From: Planctomycetota bacterium
GTDB taxonomy: Bacteria > Planctomycetota > UBA11346
Direction of reading: 5' to 3'
Assembly (NCBI GenBank): GCA_038231435.1
Contig: JBBRLJ010000027.1
Location: forward strand, 14,517 to 78,516
DNA: 64,000 nucleotides
Part shown: in pieces, positions 9,412 through 19,123 of the stretch
How the letters are laid out: each line of letters starts with the position of its first letter
Position numbering within the stretch: the stretch's first letter is position 1
Notes under the pieces: model-generated
What the model was told of the DNA's origin: nothing
Seen by the model: the letters and a program-made list of their open reading frames with translations, nothing else
Databases searched by the model: none
Translations under genes and position numbers: made by a program

Positions 9412-10830
9412 CTATTTGATCTCGACCGGCGCGGTGAGCATGCATTTCATGCCGGCCTTCTTGCCGACCTTCACGCCCTTCCACGGCGCGGAAGAGAACG
9501 AGGCCTCGGTGAACGTCGCTGCGTCGGCGACGTCGCGGATCTGCAGCCAGTAATCCCTCAGCGTGGTCGCATCCGCTCCCGCCGCCCAGGTCAGAGGCGG
9601 AGCCAAGGTTGGACTCAGCACGTATCCCGGAGCTCCGACCGCGAAATAGCAGGAGCGGTTGTATTGGTACTCCTTGCGCGCGCTGCGCAGCAGCAGATCG
9701 CGCCGGTTCTGGCCATCGAAGGTGCGGACGTAGCGCTCAGGCTGGAACATCGCGTAGACCACCACCAGCGGATGACCCCAGGCGTCGTTCCATGGCTGCG
9801 ATCCGCTGCGCCCGTTGCGGTACTCGCCCTCGCCGACGGCTCCGCGCTGCAGCACGCCCGCGGCCTGCAGCAGCTGGATGCTCTTGAGCGGCGACATCCA
9901 GCCTTCATCGAAGGGCATCGGTGCGTTGGCGTTCTTCAGCGGATCCGCACCGACGATGTTGATGGCCAGATCGCTGGAGCGGTGGGCGCCGGTGAGCGTG
10001 ACGCCGTCGGTCTGGTTCGGATCGGAGGCGGTCCAATCCCAGATCCGGCTGGTGGCGGGCGCGCCGGTGGTGACCCAGTTGTTCAGCACCGCCTCGGGCG
10101 GGTTCTCCTTGGTCAGGCCGGCGCTGGTGGTCTTCTCGGTGATCTTCGTGGTCGTCGGGCCCGATGGCAGGTTGGGATCGCAGATCGCACCATCGACGCG
10201 CAGCCCAGGCTTCCCCCAGGGGAAGCGCAGGATCGGCGGATTCACGCCAGGACTGGGAAGATCCCAATCGGTTTCCGGCCACTGCGTCGGCCATGCGCCC
10301 GGCTGGCCGGCCGCCATGTAGTCGGCCGCTGACGCCCAGGTCGCGGCGGGCGGCGCGGGTGGCTTGGCGTCGTACACGTCATCGATCAGGCGGCGCCACA
10401 AGGTGATGCGCTCGGGATTCGCGCTGTAGTTGGTCGCATCGAAAGGTGCCTGCGACCACGCCGGGGTGGCGATGGGCGGAACCCATGTCCACTGCATGAA
10501 CCCTGGAGGTTTCGCGCACAGGCTGGTGATCGAGTAGTTGTTGATGTTGGAGATCTGGGCGAAATACGGAACGCCGCCGAGATCGTACGCGATCTGCAGG
10601 CCCACGCCGGGACTGCCATCCGACGCCGCGTATTGCGTCAGACCATTGAGGATGTTCTGCATGCGCGCCATGGTGGCGTGCTCCCTGGCGCGTTCCTTGA
10701 TCATGGTCACGCACGAGATCGTCAGCCCCACCAGCACCATGACGATGGCGACGACGATCAGCAGTTCGAGCAGGCTGAAGCCGCGGCGCTGGCGCACGGC
10801 GTCGCCACGTTGATTCCGGTCAGGTGGCAT
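9412..10830 (-). CDS. Prepilin-type protein, GspG-like with insertion (cassette 2, gene 6)
   Basis: RRG|FSLLELLIVVAIVMVLVG; T.ARMQNILNGL; NDAWGHPLVV. Confidence 0.87.
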   Translation of the reverse strand: MPPDRNQRGDAVRQRRGFSLLELLIVVAIVMVLVGLTISCVTMIKERAREHATMARMQNILNGLTQYAASDGSPGVGLQIAYDLGGVPYFAQISNINNYSITSLCAKPPGFMQWTWVPPIATPAWSQAPFDATNYSANPERITLWRRLIDDVYDAKPPAPPAATWASAADYMAAGQPGAWPTQWPETDWDLPSPGVNPPILRFPWGKPGLRVDGAICDPNLPSGPTTTKITEKTTSAGLTKENPPEAVLNNWVTTGAPATSRIWDWTASDPNQTDGVTLTGAHRSSDLAINIVGADPLKNANAPMPFDEGWMSPLKSIQLLQAAGVLQRGAVGEGEYRNGRSGSQPWNDAWGHPLVVVYAMFQPERYVRTFDGQNRRDLLLRSARKEYQYNRSCYFAVGAPGYVLSPTLAPPLTWAAGADATTLRDYWLQIRDVADAATFTEASFSSAPWKGVKVGKKAGMKCMLTAPVEIK

Positions 10831-10837
10831 CACCGAT

Positions 10838-12364
10838 TCACCAGTTGGCCGGTTCGTGGTCGAGACGCTGGACCCACTTGAAATTGCCGCCGTAGGTCTT
10901 GGGCGCGCTGTACCTCAGCCCGTCGGCGTATCCGCCTTCGCGCAGGTCCGACATCTGGTCCGAATTGAATTCGTCCGGAACCAGGTTCTTGCTGCGATCC
11001 CAGCCCGGCCAGTCCTTGGGTTTCCAGAACGGGATCGGATTGCTCGACGCGTCGAAGCGCTGGTAGACGTGGGTGCCGCCCCACGAATAGCGCTCGGGCA
11101 CGAAGCCTCCGCCCTGGAGCGCAGACCATTCGACGCGGTACCACTGCACCTGCGTCGCGGTGCGCATGGCCTTGAAGCCAGACTCGCCGATGTTGGCGAA
11201 GGTCGGCGAGTTCGCCGCGAACTCCTGGCCCTTGGTGACCGATCCAGGCAGCGAGTTCGCCGCCTCCCACGCGGTCAGGTCGGCCTGGTCCCAGAAACGG
11301 TAGCCGCGAGTCGGCCCCACGCCGCAGGCGATGATGAAGACGTTCCAGTTCTTCAGCGCGGGATTCTTCTTGTCGTACATCAGCACGTAATCGTACGCTG
11401 GCACGCCATCGCCATCGTGATCGGCCTGGACCTCGCGGTAGATGCGGAACCAGCACAGGTTCTCGGTGCCGTCGCGCACCTCGAGCTGCACCGCGAGCGG
11501 AGGTCCGCCAGAGCCGTCGTCGATCAGGTGTCCCCAGTCACCTACCGCACCGACCGACGCGACCTTGCCGGAGATGAAGGTCGGCTTGCCCGAGCCGGGA
11601 TACGCGGGATTCGACCATTCGTCGGCGGCGGGCTGCGGATCGAGCACGCCGCTCGCGCCATTGGCGGGATCGAAGATGCCGTCCGTCCACGCCTGCGGCC
11701 AGTTGCGCGTCGTCGGCAGCCCAGTGAGCGCGTCGATGCCGGCCGCGCCGGGCAGTGGCGCCGTGACCCATGGCGCCTCCCAGCCTGGAGCGCCGTACGC
11801 GGGAGCGCCCGCTGGCACGCCGACCGGATTGTACGACACCTTCAGCAGCGTCGCGTACGGCGGCTGCTCGGGCACCGCCATCGGACAGCGGATCACCGAA
11901 CCCGGGCACGGCCAGGTGCGCAGGTTGCTCGCCGGCAGCTGCAGATCGGTGGGCGACGGCAGGTACGGGCCCCAGCTGCCGCTCCACCAGCTGGGCGCGG
12001 GAGCGGCGGTGGTCCCGGCGGCGCGCATCGGGCGCGGTCCGAGCGAGCCGTCGCGGATGTCCGTCCAGCCGTAGGTCTCCTGGCCCCAGCCCAGCCGCGA
12101 TTCCTCCTGCAGGAACATCATGCCGGCGTGCAGCATCAGGCGGGCCTGGCCCTCGCCGACGATCGCGCGCGTCTCCTGGCTGTCGGCGCGCATGCGCAGC
12201 ATGAAGCTCATGGCCACGCCCAGCAGCACCATCGACAATCCGGTGACGATGATCAGCACCACGCCGCCGCGCGTGCGCGGGACGCGCAGGCGGGCACCGG
12301 CGAGGACGACCTCGTCCGTCGGCAAGCGCCACGATGCGGAGAATTCACGGGATTCACGGAACAT
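10838..12364 (-). CDS. PilX/GspK-like pilin lacking Glu5 (cassette 2, gene 5)
   Basis: RG|GVVLIIVTGLSMVLLGVAMSF...QARLMLHAG; DHDGDG Ca-binding-type motif. Confidence 0.8.
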   Translation of the reverse strand: MFRESREFSASWRLPTDEVVLAGARLRVPRTRGGVVLIIVTGLSMVLLGVAMSFMLRMRADSQETRAIVGEGQARLMLHAGMMFLQEESRLGWGQETYGWTDIRDGSLGPRPMRAAGTTAAPAPSWWSGSWGPYLPSPTDLQLPASNLRTWPCPGSVIRCPMAVPEQPPYATLLKVSYNPVGVPAGAPAYGAPGWEAPWVTAPLPGAAGIDALTGLPTTRNWPQAWTDGIFDPANGASGVLDPQPAADEWSNPAYPGSGKPTFISGKVASVGAVGDWGHLIDDGSGGPPLAVQLEVRDGTENLCWFRIYREVQADHDGDGVPAYDYVLMYDKKNPALKNWNVFIIACGVGPTRGYRFWDQADLTAWEAANSLPGSVTKGQEFAANSPTFANIGESGFKAMRTATQVQWYRVEWSALQGGGFVPERYSWGGTHVYQRFDASSNPIPFWKPKDWPGWDRSKNLVPDEFNSDQMSDLREGGYADGLRYSAPKTYGGNFKWVQRLDHEPANW

Positions 12365-14387
12365 AATAGGGGCCTGGGGTCGGTCGCGTGTCGTAGAAAT
12401 CGCCGATCGGCAGATCGTTCCGCGCGCCGTTGCCAGGCGTCGGCGCGTAGCGGTGCCCCGGCAGGGTCGGACCGGCGGGTTGGAACTGCAGGGCGGGCGA
12501 ATACAGGCGCCAGTGCTGGCGCGCGCCGCGGAAGGTGGTTCCGAAGGGCATGCAGCACAGTTCGGTCTTCTTGCCCGAGATCGGATCGTCGATGGTCACG
12601 CGGATCACCGTCAGATCCTGCGAGCCAGCGACGCGCCCATAGCGCATGATGCCGGTCTTCATCCCCGGCGCCTGCTTGGGCTTCGACTCGGTGTCGATGG
12701 CCCTGGGCAGCGCGTACCATTTGGTCTTCGGCGCCATCGAGGTTCCGACCGGGAAGTCCGCAGGCTCGGCGCGCTCGAAGTCGGTGGTGTTGTACGGCAG
12801 CCACACGGTGGTCGACATCGACGACGAATCCACGCGCGTGAGATCGCCGCGTTCGGTGACGGTGTGGAAATGGTTCTGCGAGCCTTCGAGGAGCTGGGCC
12901 TCGTATTCCGAGCCCTGCCCGGCGTCGTAGTCGCCGGTCCCCAGGAAGACCACGAATGGGTTCTTGTACTGGAAGTGGTCGAAATTGTAGTTGTACCAGT
13001 TGGAAATGAAATCCGCGCCCTGCGCCGGCCAGCATGGGCGCAGCGGGATCGCCTCGATGGCGCGCGCGTTCTTGCCGCCGTTGGCGGGCGATGCGATGAA
13101 GCGCTCGCCCATGCGCACGGCGAGATCGCATTCGCCGAAATTGAAGCAGTAGTCGCCATCGAGGTAGTATTTGCAGTACTCGCCCTGGTCGGGAGCACCG
13201 CTGGTTCCCGGGGTCCCGCCGTTGACGCGGTAGTTGCACGGTGCGATCGGGACGGTGTTGACGTCGGGCGTCTGGCCCTGGCGATCGCCGAAGAGCAGCG
13301 GCGTGCCCGGGGTCATGTACTGGTAGGCGCCGAAATAGTTCAGGCGCTGCCAGATGCCCGTCCACATCAGCGGCTGGTACATGCCCCAGCCGTTGTCGAT
13401 CGGCGCGTCCACCGGATTCGGCAGTGTCTCGACGGTGGCAACCAGCGGATTCGCGTATTCGAACTGCTTGACCACGCTGCCGGTGGTTGGCGTTCCGCCC
13501 TGGGCGACGGCGACTCCGGGCGGCGTGTTCGCGGGATAGCGCGCGGTGGTGTTCGCGACGTCGCGCATGTCGCTGGCGCTGACCAGTGCATAGTCTCCGA
13601 TCGCCAGGCGCGGGTAGCCCTGGCGGTAGCCGCCGTAGTGCTTCACCCGGTAGGGATTGGCGACGCGGCGCTCGGGCACGCGCATCGCCTGGACCGGTAC
13701 GCGAGAGATAGACCTGGGATCGCTGGCGAGCAGCGCGTTGGGGTTCGGCACGAAGTCGTTGCGGTTGTAGGCATCCGTCCAGTGGTCATCGTGGATGATC
13801 TCGTCCCAATCCGGAGTGGTCGGCGACGCGGCGTTGTAGTAGTCGGCACCGCGCGCCGGATCATTGACGTCGCGCTCGTTGGTGTCGGTGCGCGGCGCGA
13901 AGCGCACCGGCTGGAATGGCCGGCGCCAGCCGCTCTCGACCAGGCTGTTTTCATGGACCAGCACGCGCACGTCCGTCGCGCCCACGAAGCCCGCGTCGTT
14001 GGTTGAATCAACGGTGTCGTCGGTCGCCGGATTGTCGCGCTGGGTCTGCTGGCGCATGAAGCCCTTGTTGTAGGGCGCCTGGTCGTCGGCGTGCGAATGC
14101 CAGTAATCGACATCCAGCATGGCCACCTGGAATCCAGCGCGCAGCAGGCCGTTCTCGGTGCTCAGCACGTTCGCCGCGGCGATCGCCTTGGTCACCATGC
14201 GGAAGCACGACACCGCGGTGAGCACGATGACCGCGGACAACGCCACGCCGATCATCATCTCGATCAGGGTGAAGCCCTGACGCGAACCCACCGGACGCGC
14301 GACGATCCGCGCGAGGGACGGCACCACGCGGCCGAGGCACGCGCGGTACCGCTTGGCGGGGTCAATTGCCATGGTGTCAATTGCCAT
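12354..14387 (-). CDS. Prepilin-type protein, PilW/GspJ-like, ~675 aa (cassette 2, gene 4); alternative start 14372
   Basis: RQG|FTLIEMMIGVALSAVIVLTAVSCF; overlaps neighbouring genes. Confidence 0.85.
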   Translation of the reverse strand: MAIDTMAIDPAKRYRACLGRVVPSLARIVARPVGSRQGFTLIEMMIGVALSAVIVLTAVSCFRMVTKAIAAANVLSTENGLLRAGFQVAMLDVDYWHSHADDQAPYNKGFMRQQTQRDNPATDDTVDSTNDAGFVGATDVRVLVHENSLVESGWRRPFQPVRFAPRTDTNERDVNDPARGADYYNAASPTTPDWDEIIHDDHWTDAYNRNDFVPNPNALLASDPRSISRVPVQAMRVPERRVANPYRVKHYGGYRQGYPRLAIGDYALVSASDMRDVANTTARYPANTPPGVAVAQGGTPTTGSVVKQFEYANPLVATVETLPNPVDAPIDNGWGMYQPLMWTGIWQRLNYFGAYQYMTPGTPLLFGDRQGQTPDVNTVPIAPCNYRVNGGTPGTSGAPDQGEYCKYYLDGDYCFNFGECDLAVRMGERFIASPANGGKNARAIEAIPLRPCWPAQGADFISNWYNYNFDHFQYKNPFVVFLGTGDYDAGQGSEYEAQLLEGSQNHFHTVTERGDLTRVDSSSMSTTVWLPYNTTDFERAEPADFPVGTSMAPKTKWYALPRAIDTESKPKQAPGMKTGIMRYGRVAGSQDLTVIRVTIDDPISGKKTELCCMPFGTTFRGARQHWRLYSPALQFQPAGPTLPGHRYAPTPGNGARNDLPIGDFYDTRPTPGPYYVP
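14361..14387. repeat. 12-bp direct repeat (period 15) spanning the stop/start junction
   Basis: GTCAATTGCCAT at 14361-14372 and 14376-14387; encodes MAIDTMAIDP. Confidence 0.85.
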
Positions 14388-17300
14388 AGTGAAGCCGCAG
14401 GACCGGGTCGTAATAGAGCATGTCCGACACGTGCACGGCCTTCATGCGCGATCCCCTGGGAACCGCGCCGAGATCGAGCACGCCGTTGCCATTGCGGTCG
14501 GCTCCCCAGTGCCCGAGGTGCTCGTCGGCGGTCACCCGCTGGCCGTCGGTGGGCAACGGGTCGGCGGTGGTCGGCGTCGGCAGGACGTTGGACGTCGGCG
14601 CATCGTGCAGCCCGGGGCCAGGCTGTCCGAGCGCGCCGACCCAGTTCTGGTAGAGGAAGCCAGCGCTCTCGCCGCCGACCACATCGACGTAGCGCCGCGA
14701 GCGCTCGGGGCTGGTCCACATGTACAGCGATTCGGGATGCCCGAGCAGCGGGCTGTGCCCGTACTCGACGAACGGCGTGATCGCGTCGTACGCCGGGCCG
14801 GGATTTCCCGGACGCAGGTAGCGGCCGTGCTTGGCCCAGTCGATCGGCGCGCTCGGGGCGGTCTCGGCGTCCTCGTACTCCTTCCAGTCCACCGACCAGA
14901 AGGTCAGCGAGCGGCAGCGGTGGAACGCGCGGAACGGCCGGTCCAGCCAATAGTGCTTCTGGTCGGTGTCGGCCGCGGGTTGGGCCAGCTCGTGGTTGTA
15001 AGCCATCTGCTCGAAATAGTCGGAGCGTTCGCGCCCGGGCCCGAAATGCGAGAAGCCGTGCTTGCCGTTCGCCGGAGCGTTGGGGTAGAACCAGGTGTCC
15101 GGAACCGGATTGCTGGCGGTCATCCAACGGTAGTAGGACTCCGACGCCGCGCTGCCCGCTGCCCTGGCGGGATTCAGCGGCGTGCGCACCGCGTTGTTTC
15201 CACCCGCGGGATTGGCCGCGTCGTAGAACAGGTCGTACATCGCCAGCGGCTTGTCCATCATGGTCTGATGGTTCGCCGGCTTCGGAGCGCCGAGATCGTT
15301 CGGCATCTCGGCGGCGTAGGCGGCCGCCCACTGCATGCACATTTCGTAGACCTTGCGCGCGAACAGCAGGTCGTGCTGGTTGGCGACGCGGCGCACCAGG
15401 GTGCCGCGGTGCAGCGACACCGGATCGAGATCTGCGCCGACATTCTCGCGCGCGTCGTTGAACTGCAGCGGGTAGCTCGGCAGCGCCGGGGTGACGTACA
15501 CGTAGATGAAGTTCGTGGTGTCCGACGGGAAGGTCGCGCCGAGCTGGTGCGGCGTTACCGGTCCACCGTTCTCCTGGTAGGTGCCGCCGGCCTCGACCTT
15601 GAAGACATGGAAGGTCTGGCACTTGTACTGCAGGTTCGGGTACTTGGTGTTGGTGTTGGTGCCCGCCCACCACCAGCCGGGAGCGTCGGGGTCGTAGCGG
15701 CCATCCCACACGTTGTGGGTATCGTTCTGGTCCCAGATGTCGGGCATCGAGCCGCACCACAGGTTCGGGCAGTTCTCGCCGCCCTTGCCGTACTTGTACC
15801 ACCACTGCATGTAGCTGGTCTGGAAGAGCAGCTCATCGCCAGCGTACACCAGCCACTTGTGGTTGGTGTCGTTGCAGAGCTTGATCTTGCTGAAGGTAGC
15901 GCCCGCGGTCCCGGGAGGCGTGTCCTCGGCCACCACCATGGCGTCCTTGGTGATGCCCTGGCCGATGACGTTGTGCGAGACCGGCCACGGCTGGACCTTG
16001 CCCGCCGGCACATTGCCGGGGAACAGGTAGCCTTCGTACGGCCACGGGTACGCCCACGGCTTGACGCTCGGATCGATGATGCTTGCGTCCCAGGTCGGCC
16101 CGACCGGGGGCGAGGCCGCCGGATCGTCGGTGCAATAGAGGCTGACCTCGTTGGTCTGCGGCTCGTTGTGCCGCGCGTACGTCCAGTTCAGGCATTCCCA
16201 GGACACGCGCATGTTGTCGACGACGCCCTTGTACGAGCCGGTGGCGATGTTCTCGCCGAACGGCGGGGCGTAGCCAGTGACCATCATGGCGGCGTGCGCG
16301 AGGTAGCTCAGAGCCAGGACCTGCGCCGGATGCGGCGGCCAATCGGCCGCGTCGAGATCCTTCGGCATGATGACCTGGAACTTGTCGAGCTCGGTCGGCG
16401 GATATTCATAGCGGTCGCAGTCGACCATGGTGCCGCCCTCGGCGTCGTTCACGAGCGCGGCGGCATCGGGATTCTTGCGCAGGATCGCGGCGGCGCTCGC
16501 CGGCGGATTGGTCGGCATGACCGCTTGCCAGAGATCGATGGCGCGGTCGCGATAGTTGGCGCGCATCTCGTAGGTCGCGGGCGGATTGGCGGTCTGGGGG
16601 GCGCGCGCCTTCCAGGTGAAATTGCGCAGGTTCAGGTGCTCCTGCGTCTCGCTCGGATCGTTGGCGTCGGGGCTGATGCCGGCGTTGGGCGCGCGGCTGT
16701 GATTCGCCATGTACCCGCCCGGCGACGCGATCGGGATGTTGGCGAAGACGTTCGCGTAGTCGGCGTAGCTCACCGGCCATTTCTTCGGCATCCACGGCTT
16801 CTTGTGCAGCTCCATGTAATTGATGTTCTGCAGACCCTCGTACGACGGGAAATCCGGATTCGCGAGCAGCGCGCGGATCGGCAGCCAACCCGAGCGGTGA
16901 TAGGCGTTGGTGCCGGCGGCGACCGCCGCCAGCGGATCGGAATCGAACGGATATCCGATGGCCGCGGCCGCCGGGCCGTAGACGCTGCGCGGCTGCGCCA
17001 CCGCCGCCTCGTCCCCACCCGAGATGCGCTGGAAACAGCACCAGGCCCAGTCCGCGCCGTGCGACGCGTACAACGGTTCGTTCGCCGGTGAGATGCCATT
17101 GCCGGCCTTCCACAGATTGCCCATCTTGTTCGCGAAGAACCGCCAGTTGCGGCCCTGCGAAAATCCATTGCCGAAGTATTTCGCGTTGCCCGCGTTGGCG
17201 CCATTCGGGTTGGTGTAGTCGTCGTTCGCGTTCGGCTCGTCGACCGGATTGTTGTTGCGCGGATCCCCTGCCGGCAGGCCGGGCCACTTGTCCTGCTCCT

Positions 17301-18414
17301 GGCCCGGATGCATCGGCCTGCCGAACACCACCGGCTCGTAGCGGCCGTGGCCACCGTCGTCGAACGAAAGCATCGCCAGGCACCACGACCAGTCGCCGGT
17401 GGTGCCGCCCGAGACTGATTGGCCGGAAACGTGGAAGCCCGACCACGGCAGGCCGCCGTACACCGCGCCCGTGGGCGTCGGGCCGAAGGTACCGGGGTTG
17501 GGCCACTGGTCCTGCCAGTTGCCGCTCGCGGGCCACGACTGAAATCCGCCGCGATTGTTGCCGCACAGCCAAGTCGGCTGGCTGCCCCAGCCGATCCAGC
17601 CCGCGACCTGGGGATACCAATAGCCGGACTGGCCGCCGGCGTCGTAGTTGTAGCCCGCTGGCGACGGAGCGATCGGCGTGGTGTCGTACAGCGGCATGGC
17701 GCCGCCTTCGTTGCCGCCGACTGCCACCATCCTGCGCGTCTCGCGACCGCGCGCCTGCATGCCCAGCCATTCGGGCGGGAATGGATAGACCTCGTACCAC
17801 GGCAGGCTCTCCGCCGGATCCGATGACAGCGCGTTCTGCTGCGGCAGGCTGGTCACCGCGAACACCAGCTTCTGCACCTCGGGCGCCGCGGTGACCTGCA
17901 TGGTCTTATCCATCGCCGCGCCCTGGTTCAGGCCCATCATGAAATTCGGGTCCGGATAATAGAGCATGCCGCCCTGGTCGAGGACCTTCTGCACCTCGTC
18001 GTGGTCGGAGTCCAGGCGCCTGGCGATCTCCATCGGCACCGGCAAGACGCCGGTGAGCCAGCCCGCCTGCTGTTCGAGGTTGGGCTGGAATGGCGAGGCG
18101 TGCACGAGCTGATCGCGGATCTGTCCTGCCCAGCCGGTGAACGGTGCCGCGGCGGTGCTGGTCGCGTCTGTGCCGGGGATGCCGTCGTAGCGCGGCGCCA
18201 GTCGCGACACGCCCTCGAACTTGTCGACGGGCGTGTGGAAATTATTGATCAGGGTCATCGCGGTCGAGGCCGCGTACATCTGGCTGCGCGCCATCTGCTG
18301 CGCCTTGATCCCGACCGGGAGCAGGGCGAGCGTAGCGAGGATCGCGGTCGTCAAGATCAGCAGGCTGATCATCACCTCGAACAAGGTGAAGCCCAGCGCG
18401 GCGACCCGCGTCAT
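14377..18414 (-). CDS. Giant (~1345 aa) PilV/GspI-like prepilin-type protein, putative adhesin (cassette 2, gene 3)
   Basis: MTRVAALG|FTLFEVMISLLILTTAILATLALLPVGIKAQQMAR...A; long W/Y/N/G/P-rich body; C-terminal DRNGNGVLD. Confidence 0.87.
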   Translation of the reverse strand: MTRVAALGFTLFEVMISLLILTTAILATLALLPVGIKAQQMARSQMYAASTAMTLINNFHTPVDKFEGVSRLAPRYDGIPGTDATSTAAAPFTGWAGQIRDQLVHASPFQPNLEQQAGWLTGVLPVPMEIARRLDSDHDEVQKVLDQGGMLYYPDPNFMMGLNQGAAMDKTMQVTAAPEVQKLVFAVTSLPQQNALSSDPAESLPWYEVYPFPPEWLGMQARGRETRRMVAVGGNEGGAMPLYDTTPIAPSPAGYNYDAGGQSGYWYPQVAGWIGWGSQPTWLCGNNRGGFQSWPASGNWQDQWPNPGTFGPTPTGAVYGGLPWSGFHVSGQSVSGGTTGDWSWCLAMLSFDDGGHGRYEPVVFGRPMHPGQEQDKWPGLPAGDPRNNNPVDEPNANDDYTNPNGANAGNAKYFGNGFSQGRNWRFFANKMGNLWKAGNGISPANEPLYASHGADWAWCCFQRISGGDEAAVAQPRSVYGPAAAAIGYPFDSDPLAAVAAGTNAYHRSGWLPIRALLANPDFPSYEGLQNINYMELHKKPWMPKKWPVSYADYANVFANIPIASPGGYMANHSRAPNAGISPDANDPSETQEHLNLRNFTWKARAPQTANPPATYEMRANYRDRAIDLWQAVMPTNPPASAAAILRKNPDAAALVNDAEGGTMVDCDRYEYPPTELDKFQVIMPKDLDAADWPPHPAQVLALSYLAHAAMMVTGYAPPFGENIATGSYKGVVDNMRVSWECLNWTYARHNEPQTNEVSLYCTDDPAASPPVGPTWDASIIDPSVKPWAYPWPYEGYLFPGNVPAGKVQPWPVSHNVIGQGITKDAMVVAEDTPPGTAGATFSKIKLCNDTNHKWLVYAGDELLFQTSYMQWWYKYGKGGENCPNLWCGSMPDIWDQNDTHNVWDGRYDPDAPGWWWAGTNTNTKYPNLQYKCQTFHVFKVEAGGTYQENGGPVTPHQLGATFPSDTTNFIYVYVTPALPSYPLQFNDARENVGADLDPVSLHRGTLVRRVANQHDLLFARKVYEMCMQWAAAYAAEMPNDLGAPKPANHQTMMDKPLAMYDLFYDAANPAGGNNAVRTPLNPARAAGSAASESYYRWMTASNPVPDTWFYPNAPANGKHGFSHFGPGRERSDYFEQMAYNHELAQPAADTDQKHYWLDRPFRAFHRCRSLTFWSVDWKEYEDAETAPSAPIDWAKHGRYLRPGNPGPAYDAITPFVEYGHSPLLGHPESLYMWTSPERSRRYVDVVGGESAGFLYQNWVGALGQPGPGLHDAPTSNVLPTPTTADPLPTDGQRVTADEHLGHWGADRNGNGVLDLGAVPRGSRMKAVHVSDMLYYDPVLRLHYGN

Positions 18415-18415
18415 C

Positions 18416-19123
18416 TCACAATTCCTGGGAGACCGTGAATCCCGCGTGGTAGATGGCGAAGGACGAAGCATAGCCGTGGCGCGATGGTCCCACGGAATAG
18501 TCCTGCGTCCACAGCTGGATCCTCGGGCAGACGGTCGCCGTGAGCGCCGCGTCGCTGGCGACGCCCATGCTGCATGGCGGGGAGACCTGTCCGCGTCCCA
18601 TGGCGACGTTGTCGGGCGACAGCGGCAGGCCGGTGCCGTACTGCGCGTAGATGATGATGGTCTGATCGGCGGTGGTGGGCGCGTCGGTGTTGGAGCCGCC
18701 CGCCGGAGTGCTGGCCACGATCACATTGCGGTTGAACTTGAAGAACGCCGCGGCGGTGCCCGACGCGCTGTAGGTAGACTGGTCCGAGGGATCCTCGCCG
18801 GCCATGAAATACTTGGGAGTGCCCGTGGCGACATTGTCGAAGATCAGCGCGACCGAGGCCTGCTGGCCGGCGGACTGCCTGATGGCGATGCCGAAATGAT
18901 AGGGTGAGGCGCCGGCGGGGATCGCCGTGGTCATCGCCAGGATGCGCGCCTGGCGCCAGCACATGGAGATGTCATTCACCGCGGAATTGATGTTCCCGTG
19001 GCGGATCGAGGGCAGCACGGTTGGGACGGCGATGCCCATGAGGGTCATCATGATGCCGATCACCATCAGCAGCTCGATGGCGGTGAAGGCGGCGCGCGAA
19101 GCCTGGGTGCGTTGATTATTCAT
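18416..19123 (-). CDS. Prepilin-type protein, GspH/FimT-like (cassette 2, gene 2)
   Basis: MNNQRTQASRAA|FTAIELLMVIGIMMTLMGIAVP; SAVNDISMCWRQARILAM. Confidence 0.88.
   Translation of the reverse strand: MNNQRTQASRAAFTAIELLMVIGIMMTLMGIAVPTVLPSIRHGNINSAVNDISMCWRQARILAMTTAIPAGASPYHFGIAIRQSAGQQASVALIFDNVATGTPKYFMAGEDPSDQSTYSASGTAAAFFKFNRNVIVASTPAGGSNTDAPTTADQTIIIYAQYGTGLPLSPDNVAMGRGQVSPPCSMGVASDAALTATVCPRIQLWTQDYSVGPSRHGYASSFAIYHAGFTVSQEL

Noticed and set aside
14353..17091. 912-aa + strand ORF and other long antisense or alternate-frame ORFs (e.g. 10856-12649, 12120-14006, 20338-22488, 22529-24490, 30729-32561)
   Set aside because: Shadow ORFs expected in high-GC DNA opposite real genes; no recognisable motifs.
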